A stretch of DNA of 64,000 nucleotides. It comes from Utricularia gibba. Taxonomy: Eukaryota > Plantae > Magnoliophyta. Below the pieces are notes generated by a model. It saw only the letters and a program-made list of their open reading frames with translations. It ran no database searches and was not told where the DNA came from. The stretch is taken from the NCBI GenBank assembly GCA_002189035.1, contig NEEC01000002.1:2294001-2358000 (forward strand). Reading direction: 5' to 3'. The translations under genes and the position numbers were made by a program. Positions 53,401-64,000 of this stretch are shown in pieces (position 1 is the stretch's first letter; each line of letters begins with the position of its first letter).

Positions 53401-56011
53401 AAACGTAAATGAACAACTTTCCATATAGCTATGCACACAATGAGAATAGAGAACAAATTGCAATTCCATTTCCAACAAGCAATTTGCCATTGAGATCATT
53501 ACACTCTTAGAAATAATAAAACTTTGAACACTGATCATGAGAGATGTAAACTCAATTACAAAGTAACTTTTTAACATTCACTAATGGGTTAGAAACACAC
53601 CAAAGGCTGCTATCACGACCCAGATACTTGCACCAATTCTTGTAGTTCTTGAACAGCCTTTTCATCACCTCATCAAGAGCACGCTGATCCAACTACCAAA
53701 GAAAAGGCTAATCTAATTAGTTATAAGAGACCGCAATAAAACACACTCACCATGAATGAAATGGGGAGGCAGATACACTCAATCAAACCACTCAAACTGA
53801 AAAAAAAAAAAAAGAAAAACAATGGAATGCATCATGCGAGGCCCTTTTTTGATATCACATGTAATTCCTGAAGTATGCTGCTTCCATCACACCCAAAATC
53901 TCAAATGCTTCTTCAGGATAAGGACTCGCAAAAAACCAATATAAAACAATACACAAAGATCATAACAGTAAGTTCATGACTCCAAACACACAAAAATGAA
54001 GAAAGAACTTTCATTCAGGAGAGCATATAACATTTAAGGCATCTGTTGAAGAGATACTCTAACACAAAATGTTCACTGAGGCAAAATTTTAGGAGCGGAA
54101 CCTTGGGCTGCTGGTCCAGGTTTGGGAATTGCCGTATGTGTACATTTGCCAGTAGCAATATAAGATGCTCACGTTGGTTTGCCACATTGTCTTTCTGCAC
54201 TCAAAAAATAGCAGTAAATGCATGCTTTGCTTCTTTTTTTTTACATTAAACTTTAAATTAGGACTAGGAAAATTGAAATTTATAAACTTTAAACTAGGAC
54301 GAAGAACTTTAAATTGAAGCGAGAAAAACAAACATGTATGAGCTTTAGGGATTATAAAGGCAAAACAGTTAATGTCCACCTGAAAACCAAACATAGCTTG
54401 AAGCCAGTCGAGAATATCTTCATCCTTTTTCTTTTTATAATCCTTCGGCCAAGTAAGACCTCTTGTATTACGCAGTGCATGCACCGCAGCTTGGATCTAA
54501 ATAGGAAATATCAGCTCAAACAAATAGAATTACAGTATATCAACGGGAATTATTGTAGTTCATTTAGGACCTCTGGATATTTCATGATTGCTTGATTTGC
54601 ACTGTCAGGATCAAGGGAAGAATATTATATGGCACATAAATTTCCGTCTTCTCTGCAACCTTATCATGCGTTTCCAATATCTATGCACACAAGTAAACAT
54701 CTCTTTAGACTGAAAAAAAGTAGAAATGAGTTTCCAATACTAATCACACTCGAGGAAACTTTTCATTATGCTGAAAACAAAAAACAGTAGACAAAAATAT
54801 AATTTAAAAAATCTTAATCTGATAACCTCACGGTCAACTTCCACAGATTGCGTTTGATTGACAGCTTTCAAAACCTCAAAGAGAACATTGGCTGTTTGGT
54901 ATGCCTTTGTTAGCTGAGCCCTGTAAAAAAACACAAGCCATGTTACATGGAGTATAAATTCAACATTCACTGGAGGGCAAAACATTTAAAAAAATTACCA
55001 AAAGAAACCCACCGATCAGCTTTATCAGAAGCATTCTGCAAAGCTTGAATATATTTCTTGTAGTAATGCTGATAAAAGCTTTGCATTTCACGCGCGTCAC
55101 TCTTTTTAACTCTTCCCTTTAAGGTGGGATCGTTCTCCTGAAAGGAGAAAATATCTTAAAAACCAACATATTAACCCACCATGCATGTTGCCATCAACCA
55201 TCATCAATGAATTTAGCATAAACCACTCTCTATATATAATACTCTAGCACTGAAGAAAATCATTATTTAACTGTAGAACCATGATTAACTTTTGATCTAG
55301 ATGTATTAACCAACGTACCGTACTAACATGGCCTACTCATCTTAAATATTACTCGGCAATGTCTGAATTACAGCTCGTTAAATGTTAGAATTTACCCTTT
55401 CTAAACGCTGCAGAAGAGCTGTTTTGAATTGCCGAACACCACGCCCACTAGAATTTGGGTCCAAACGATGTGCTTTTTCAAAAGCATAAAACCTGCCTGC
55501 AGAAATAAAAAAAAAAAAAATCTTAGAATAGACATAACAGTAAAACACAGGTCATCTTAAGAAAAAAAATATGATACTGATCGCTTCTGCTGACTCTTGA
55601 GACCCAAGTAACCGCTTACTATATAACTGGGTTTTCCAAGCCTTGGCATTCAAGAAAAAAAAAGGTGTGGACAACATCATTAGTACACATGAATTCAAAT
55701 GTGATGGGTTGTGTACAGTCGTAACCTGGAACTTCATGCTATAGATTAAGAAACGAGTAAAACAAGACTCCGGCACAAAATAAGAATCTGAGCGTACACC
55801 GCTTAACTAAAGACTCACATAAGTAAGCAACCCGTGGGTTGCTGGGCTCGACTTCATTCGCAACTCGAAGGATGGGTGCAATTTCCACCAGAGACGAAGG
55901 AATTACTTCACTATCAAAGATGGATTCCCCCATATTTCCCATAGTCTGAGTTCGTGTGAGCCGCCGCTGAAGCTGCGGATTCCTCTGTGACATTTCCCCT
56001 CTGGACGACAT
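44413..56011 (-). CDS. CALS3: Callose synthase, CalS3/GSL12-like, multi-exon; two apparent -1 frameshifts
   Basis: N-term [108 protein letters not shown] and C-term RSSRNKE*. One base is missing at 45330-45334 and at 45554-45555. A 5' UTR exon probably lies near 56500-56720. Confidence 0.95.
50590..50686. repeat. 39-bp tandem repeat (about 2.5 copies) in a CalS intron
   Basis: Unit ttcgaatctacaatgcaaagaaactagtattatacaata occurs twice exactly, plus a partial third copy. Confidence 0.92.
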
Positions 56012-57203
56012 ATTACTTCATGCACTACTTTCAATTGAGCACGCCACAGACCGCAGCTCTACAATGATGCAAATCATCAAGATCAGAAAAAAATCATCGG
56101 ATTCTTAACTCGCTCAAACACCCGTGGTAGCAGCACGCAATCATCATCCGCAGAATAAAACTATCACTACAAGTATCGCCCACACTGCTGCTTCATTCAG
56201 CCCTTGATAGGAAAAGGCCCGTAGATTCCAAATGAGGCTTCATAGAAATTCAAACCCCCGAAAAATCACACACACACGTCTAGCTTTCGCCAAAAGTACA
56301 GGAACCAGCAACCACATCCAGCTTAAACAACACCCAACATTGCCGTTGCAGAAACAGAAATTCCGTTCAGGGAACGGAAAAACAACAGCAAGTAGAAGAG
56401 TACCCGGGAATTAAAACATCACCTCACAGGCAGTTACACTAGAAAAACTCGCATCTAAGCAAAGTAGATCTACCTCGTATCAGCATTCACGGGGATTCCA
56501 CCCACCAAAAAGAAAGGGAAACGAAAAGCGCCCCCCAACCCCAACTTGCTGTACCTTGCTCAAATGCAGAGCTGCGAGCGAGGAATCAAGGAAGCGGCCG
56601 GCAATGCGAGCGCAGCAGAAGGAACGAGGAGTAGGAAATCAAGGAAGTGGGGGTCTGCCGGGAGACGCCATTATTACCTGCAGCATATGCGAAAACTACA
56701 ACAAAAGCAGGGAGCGAGAGAGAGACAGAGAGAGAAAGAGAGCTGGGGGAGGTCCAAAGAAGCTGGTCCAAATTCTACAATTTAGCAAAAGCTATCCGTT
56801 GCAGATTACCCCTGGAAGCGCTGTTAATTACGACATTGCCACCATCCGCTTTTGCAACCTTCCAAAAAGTATCTTTTGATAAAAACAAGGCAAAAGTTGT
56901 CCCTTGCAGATTCGTTTTTTTTTATTCAAATTTTTATTTGGCAGTAAAAATGTAAATTCTAAAAAAGAGCTGGGAATTGCAAAGAAATAACGTTTTATTT
57001 AAAAAATAATTATATTTATTTAGTTATTATCAAATACCAAACATTTTAATTCTAAAAAAGAAGGTAATTCTTATCTTTGACATCCGTTTTTTTTAGGTGA
57101 GATGTCACTTGGTTGAGGTCATACAAGTGTAAGGATGATAGTATATTTTTAATTAATATTGTCATTAAAAATACAAGAATTTCAGCTGCTATATGTTACT
57201 TTA

Positions 57204-57426
57204 GGATGTGTTTTGTTAGTAGTATAAATTATATCAAATATAAAAATGGTATATGAAAATGGAGTATATAACATAATAATTTTAGCTCAACTTTTTTTTC
57301 TTCCATTATTTTATACAATATTTATGAAATAAATTATTCGAAATCTAATTTATCTCATTTACCAAACATCATGTTTTACTTTTTTCATTTAATTATTCAC
57401 TTTTATAATTTCTACCAAACACACTC
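57204..57426. mobile_element. Tourist-like (PIF/Harbinger) MITE
   Basis: Termini GGATGTGTTTTGTTAG and rc GAGTGTGTTTGGTAG, with TTA at 57201-57203 and 57427-57429. Confidence 0.5.
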
Positions 57427-58359
57427 TTAATAACTTAATCAACACATACAACATGAGACTCAAGGAGAGCAACCCCAAGGGAAATTTTCCCACATTATCT
57501 TCCGTCCACACAAGCATAAAGAGTAAAACCATCGTGATGCTGCACACTATTGTTAATTCATACAATGACTCTTGTGCCGTTCCTCTAACAACTGCTAATT
57601 TTGAAGAGTGATGAGTACAAGTACGTGATCTGAAATTAGAAGCGTGTTCTTTCAAATAATTTACTTTAAATTAATTGAAGGATAGGAAAAGTAAGCTCTT
57701 TCATTTCTACTCATCAAATTGGTCTGCAACATGAGAATTTTTATGTATAATCTTATTATCAAATATTAATTGGTTTAGGGCTATGATTTCTCATTTCTCA
57801 TTTAACTATTCGATTAAAAATAGTTAATTATTCATATCAAATTTTTATAAATTCAAATATTTAAAGATAAAAATAAATGACAATAAAACACAATAAACTC
57901 ATTAAATGCTTCACCCTTTATACAATAATTGAAAAAAACCACATTAAAAATACAAATTATTTACATGATTAGAAATAATACCAATCAAATATAATTAGTT
58001 TATTAAAAATTACTTGTCGTTCAAATAAGAACGAATTTTTATTCTTAATTTATAGTAAAAATGATTGGATTTCTTTCTTCTTGCAATTGGTTCTGCTTAG
58101 AGAGAATTATATTTTTTAAAAATACTCAAAAAAATATTTTTGTTACAATTTCTATTTAAAAATATTTAAAAATTTAGAAATATTTTTATTTTTAAAAAAT
58201 TTAAAAACCATATTTTCTATTTTTTTTTTGTTTCTGAGAAAGCTTCTATACCAAGAAAGTAGGAGAAATTGAGCAAAATGTAAATTCCTTGGAGGATGTT
58301 GAGACATGGCCAACGGAAGCTAGCAAACGAAGAACACAACAGGAGGGAGAAGACTGAGC

Positions 58360-60684
58360 TCAGACCCCGAACCGGCGCAATTCCTCTGCTCCATGAGCGA
58401 AATGGCACCTCTCACCGAAAGTGCAAGACCCTTTGGCGAAATTCTCGCAAAGCTTTGTCTTGAAATTGCTACCTACGCCGTGACTGCTCATTGCTGAGTG
58501 CCTCGCGCCGCCGGCGGAGAATGCGCCCAAGCTCGCGATGAGCTCACGGACCATCTGGGTTGCCTGTTTGATCTGATCAAACGAGCCCTCCAGTTCTATG
58601 TTTCTTAGGTTGGGGTCTGTTTCATGGTCCCTTACGGAGAGCCGGGCACCTGTCATCCTGGAGATGTTCTTCGAGTGTATCCCATCTTTACCAATCACAG
58701 CGCCAGCCATGGAGGCGTCAATGTTGATCTTGGCAGTGGCGGAAGCTCCAAAGCTGGCGGCTGCGCCATAATTTGGTAGAGTGGCCTCCATGTGACCACC
58801 AGCAAGCCTTCCAGGGTGCCCAAATGGCCGACCACTGTCATGAAATGGCACTGTTGCCTTTCCAAGCTCCCGCTCACTATGTGCAAAATGGCACTTGTCC
58901 CCGAACTTGCAACCTTCTGGTGTACCAAACTTGTTGCACATCCTTGTTTTCACAAGAGGTGGGGATGCAATATCGGGAAACGATGGTGGCCCTGCAGGAT
59001 TCCGGCCAGCTGCTGGAAGCGCGGGGTTGGTCCCAAGTATTTGAATAACAGCCTTCAGGCCACCAGGAACATAGTGCAAGAAGTGGCATCCTTCTCCAAA
59101 GGGGCAGCCAGAAGTACTGCATGTAGATGATAAGGAGAAAAAATGAGATGGTCAGCAACTGAATTATTTGATCCATGGGAACCACGGTAATTTCAACCCA
59201 GGGAGTTAACTGTTATTCTCGATATGCCATAACTATCCGACCCACATAATAAACACAGGACAGCACAAATCCAAAACAAAAAAACTTTGACTACATGTTT
59301 GTAGATATTTATAATGCAACAAAGAGGTTTTACAGTGCTCATAACAAGTGGTCGTTGTTTCCTAATCTATGATCACAAATGCAGCTAATATACGTATCAA
59401 AAAACCCCTGCTCTGGATGCATGGAAAAAATGCATTATCATTCATTAAAAAAAAAAAGAGACACAACATTGAAGTGCATCTAGTATTGCAAAATAACACG
59501 AATACCAACAAAACTTGAAGTTCTGAAGGACAGCATCAGTAAGCAACAAAAAACTACAGTTCAATGTTTATCCTGTTGACCAAACATGTTAACCATTCAT
59601 GCGCATTCCCATGGAGCCGATTCCATTCACAAGATTGATCCTTATTTTCTTGTGAATAAAGTCTTAATACGAAAATTATGGATCCGTTCGAAGGCAAGTG
59701 CCGTCATTATCAAATTATGAAGAGTACTACCTGTAACACAAACTTTAGATTCCAATTCATTAGCTCATATCAATGCCATTTTACAACATTCACAATGCAT
59801 AAAAAAAACTTGACTTGGTACTGGTTTTAGGTAAGTTCAGATTTGAACCTGAAAAACTTTGTGCAAGGCTTCGATTTGCTTCCTATACCAGTTGTAAAGG
59901 ACTCCATTTCTGTTGCAGAAATTAATGATCTTCCTTAGTTTCAATTTCTCTGAATTGTTAATATCCAAACTAAATGTCCGTGATGGGTTTATCCTCATTA
60001 ATGGCAGCATTACAGCATCTCCAGAAAGGAGACATTATTGCAACAACGGCAAAACAAAGAAATTCTAGTTTCAAGGTTCATCACGCAATACTTTTTAACT
60101 AGAAAAAAAAAAAGCAACTCAAGACACTTATACGTTTCTACTGGGAGCCTGCAGCCAGTAGACGCTAGGATAACAGGATGGACATCTCTAGCGTAGTTTC
60201 ATAACGTTCAAGGATAACCTCGGAAAAACCTCTAACAGAGCAAACTCCATTTCCCATCTGACGTTTTCCAGGAATGATTCAATGGAAAGTACGCCTATAC
60301 GGAGACGCATTTCCCACATGCATTGCATTAAACGACTTTTAAAACTGGATAAAATCGTGCAATAACCCATTTTCAGAATTTCACCAACCGAAGTAAAGAG
60401 AACCAGTGGTATTACTTTCACTCAGCTTCAAAAGCCAATATGACAATCACCCACGAAAAATGATAAAAGATACCAAACAAGCAAAAAAACTTGAGGAAAG
60501 ATTACGGGGGACTATGAGGTCTGCAAGAAGCGAACTATACCCACTCCCCAAAAGCACAAACTCGCAGCATATCCTCCTAAAAGTGAAAAATGCAGAGGAA
60601 ATGACCTTGTTTTGATCTCTTGATACCGCCATTGGTATGTCCAGCATCTTCCCTCCCTCGCTTTTTATCCCCACCGAAATCCAT
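58360..60684 (-). CDS. CCCH zinc-finger and KH-domain RNA-binding protein (KHZ-like), 3 exons
   Basis: Exons 60684-60606 (MDFGGDKKRGRE..), 59909-59849 (SKSKPCTKFF) and 59116-58360. Three CCCH fingers and a KH domain with AGAVIGKDG. Confidence 0.93.
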
Positions 60685-61039
60685 ACACGAAAATTGCTTT
60701 CCCCAAATTTTAAAAAAAGACCGCCGAATTCACCAGTTCATATTGACAACAGCTTGAATTGCGATGAATCAGGAAAACGGGTAGAGGAATCCATGAAGAA
60801 CGACGATGGATTAAAACCCTAGCCTAGCGTGCGTATGAACTCGGAACTACTGGCCAGACGATCAGGAAGGCCGAAGGCCTCATCTGCACTTCTGATAGCC
60901 CACGCTCCGGTCCAACTTCTGGCCGGTTTGGGCTGGGCCTTAAATAAAACGGCACCATCCCCGATCCACCTGGTTATCAACAGGGTTGGAAAACAGTTTC
61001 TCTTCAATCGGCTATCACCGCCGTTCGAAATCGATCTCC

Positions 61040-62154
61040 ATGGCCAAAAATCGCGATCCCCAACCGGCGAATGAAGCTACTTCGGAAGAGGAGGAATCTG
61101 AAACTGAATCTGAGTCTGAATCTGATTCAGAGGGGATCAAACCCCGGCCCTGACGAAAGGCAGATCTGAACCGTTAAAAGCCCAGCCGCCGCCGCCGCCG
61201 CAGCACACAAACTCCGATGACAGCGAATCGGGATCTGATTCTGAGTCCGATGAATCTAGTGACGATGAGGTGCCTTCTCCACCTAAGCCCGTTGCCGATG
61301 TGCAGAAGCCCAGTTCCACGAAGAGGCCCACTGCTGTTCAGGCAAGTTCGCCTAAACCTTCAACTCCATCTTCAAAATTGACTGGTGTTAAGCGAGCCGT
61401 GGAAACAAATGGTTTAAGTGATAAGGATGTGAAGAAGAGTAAGAACAAAAGCGAGACATCGGTCGATACTGATAAGGCAAACGACTCCAAAAGGCCTATG
61501 TTTCAAAGGATTTGGAGCCAAGATGATGAAATTGTTGTGTTGAGAGGGATATTTGATTATGTGGAGGAGAAGAAGGCAGACCCTTATATCGAAATCACCG
61601 CTTTTCATGATTTTATCAAAAAGAAATTGCAGGTTACCGTGAATAAGGACCAGCTGAGGAGTAAAATCAGATCACTGAAGCAGAAATTTACAAACAACAA
61701 GAGCAAAGAAGTGAATGGTGAAGATCGTGTCTTTTCCAAGCCACATGAACATCTGGTTTACCAGTTATCCAAAAAAATATGGGGAAAAGGCGACACGCAA
61801 ATCTCAGTTGGTAGTCCCAATCCCAAAGTGGTAAAGCAAGCGAAAAAGAAGGAAAAGAACTTGCCTGAGCACAACAGCGATGGTGCAAAACCAGAGGAAG
61901 TTGCTAATCCTGTTAAAACAGGTACGGATTCGAGTGCAGTCAACAAGTTTCGCACCTTTGGAGCAGCTGAAAGCATGGAAGAGATGATTCAGAGGCTTGG
62001 GACTGAGATGTTTGAAGGGGGGAAAGTGATGGCAGGTAGTAAAGCATGGATGAATCTCAAACAAAAGGAGATGGAGATGTACTTAGAGACACTGCAGGTG
62101 AAGATGGATAGGACTAAGCTGGTTCTGGATGCCTTGAAGTCGGGGAACCTTTGA
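61040..62154 (+). CDS. GeBP / STOREKEEPER-like transcription factor; one apparent -1 frameshift
   Basis: Acidic Ser-rich N-terminus from ATG 61040, rejoined by one G at 61132-61135. DUF573-type core FQRIWSQDDEIVVLRG..QLRSKIRSLKQKF..YQLSKKIWG and a leucine-zipper-like tail. Confidence 0.88.
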
Positions 62155-63559
62155 GGTATGCAACAATGTAGCTGAATCTGGCCGGGTTTGGGAATTTCAG
62201 CCTTCAGTTGATTGTGTTGTAGTCTAGTTTAGCTTCCATTAGACCCTCGTTGGGGTTCAGCTGTGTCATATGGCCCTTTTGCTCAACTTGACTCTAGGGA
62301 ACAATTCCCAGATTTTTGAGTCTCCAGACAAAAAAAGCCATCCCCCACCCACCTTTCCTGTTCTATTGTTTTCTGCAAATTGCACAGACGAAATCGAAAA
62401 ACACGGCGGCCTTCTTGGCGTCATCACGTGCATCCGCCATCACCGGTGCGGTTTGAATGTGATGGGGTTCGGAGTCGATACCCAATGTATGAGAAACTTG
62501 GCATTTCTAACGCCAGCTGTGGAACGGAATCGGCTTGAGGGTGGAATATCGAGGTTTTCTGGTGGCTTCACCGGCGGCGACCCCAGTTTCCCAATGATCT
62601 GTCTACTTTGTGAGCTTTCCATCATCCCTTCGCATGGGAAGTTAATACATCATGCTTCTTCTCCCGTTTCGAGTTCAAAACCAGAGACTAACGGAAGCGT
62701 ATTCAAGAAAGGGACAGTAACGGATTGAAGATTCAGCATGTTTCTTATGTGGAGCTTTGTGCGGAGAGCATCTCATTCTGCAATCTCCCCAAAAGGGGGC
62801 AGCTACAGTTCGCCACGAGGTTGTTCGTGGTGCAAAGGAACGCACAGACGCGGCGGCGACTCTCCGTGTCCCGGCGTCATCATCGCCACTCCGGGTGCAA
62901 TGCCCCCCTGAACAGTTCTTCACTTTCTGATCAATTTTTTCCATCGAGTAGCTACCCTTTCCCCGGTCTTCCTGTACAGGTTTTCAGTAAATCAATCACA
63001 AGGAAAGAGCATGAGAGCCTTGATCAATTCCAAAAAGGGAAAAGACACCATTTTTAGGGTTCCCCAATTGGGTATTTTTCTGTTCATCCAAAAGGTAACT
63101 GATTTCACTGCCATGGTGCGTAAAATACCTCTTCACCTGCTTCCTTTGTCAGTTTGACGAAAAGGGGTGAACTTGATCACTTTACCCCGCATAGCTTGAA
63201 TTCACATTTCAGTAACTTTTTGGGGAAGAAGATGATCAGCAGCATCCTGGTAGATCAAAGTGGTTGAACCTTCCAAGCTTAATAGTCTACAAGGGTTGAA
63301 TTGAAGTGCATTTCCCGTTATAAATACCCATACCCCCACAGGCAATCACAGTGCCTGCCACTGCCACACGCATTCACATTTCACAGTTGGCAGCATTTCA
63401 AATAATACTTTATGCACAAGATTTACTAGATAGACCAGAGATACGCTTTCATACACAGCACCTTACAAAACCCAATCACCAAAATCTACGCCTTTCGACT
63501 GTCTCTAAAATCTCCTGCTCCTATCCACTTCAACTCTGTGTGTATTGGGCTGTCCGTCA

Positions 63560-64000
63560 TTTGTTTGTTTCACCTCCACGCCGCGCCACACAGCTGCGGA
63601 TCTTCTTGTAGTGCTGCCTATTTTCATCTGGGCTGCTGTCCCTTTTCACTTTAGAGATCTTGGTTCACTTGTTCATTGATGATTCGAACGCTTTTTCAGG
63701 TCTGGGGATGGTTTGAAGCATTGGGATTGGTGATTTCTTCTGATGGTGGTGTCGGTGAGTATCAAATCTGGCCCTTTTGTGGTTTTGTTCTTCATCAGGT
63801 TGTGAACTTTTTATAGGCTATTTGTCCATGGATCTGCCTTCAATTTTGCTTGATTAGTTCAACAGGAAAACCTTGGGAGATTCCTTGTTTCTGATTTGCA
63901 TGTGTGTTGACAATCATGATTCATTGCATTTTGGTATTGATTCATTATATTAGTGTATGGCTTTAGCTAATGGATTTAGCCCTATAATTTGCTGTCTTCT
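63560..64000 (+). other. Probable 5' UTR and leader intron(s) of a gene continuing beyond the window
   Basis: Pyrimidine-rich leader, acceptor tttttcag at about 63700, donor gtgagt at about 63755, then U-rich intron-like sequence. No ORF is visible. Confidence 0.35.

Noticed and set aside
57389-57655. 88-aa minus-strand ORF
   Set aside because: It overlaps a MITE end and AT-rich spacer and has no recognisable domain.

Overview
This is eudicot plant nuclear DNA and very compact: about 19 protein-coding loci in 64 kb, mostly short introns (70-120 bp) and AT-rich spacers. Protein style suggests an asterid, possibly a miniaturised Lamiales genome such as Lentibulariaceae; this is inference only. 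Gene order: SDD1/SBT1.2 subtilase (frameshifted), GSNOR/ADH3, YUCCA, DUF3741/TRM, GDSL lipase, mitoribosomal mS33, a complete but dead 3-kb hAT transposon with an 8-bp TSD, a glycine-rich secreted protein, a LEA-like protein, a C2H2-EAR zinc finger, LSm5, a degenerate LAZY-family (CCL-motif) gene, NSN1 GTPase, LUH (N-terminal half only), a KRP CDK inhibitor, callose synthase (CalS3-like), a KH-CCCH zinc finger and a GeBP/STOREKEEPER-like factor. Seven single-base losses in G/C runs break otherwise conserved genes and look like assembly errors. Three lesions do not fit that pattern: a 19-bp deletion in the stomatal-patterning gene SDD1, the missing WD40 half of LUH, and a broken LAZY-type gravitropism gene. 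No rRNA, tRNA, CRISPR or recognisable miRNA/snRNA gene was found.
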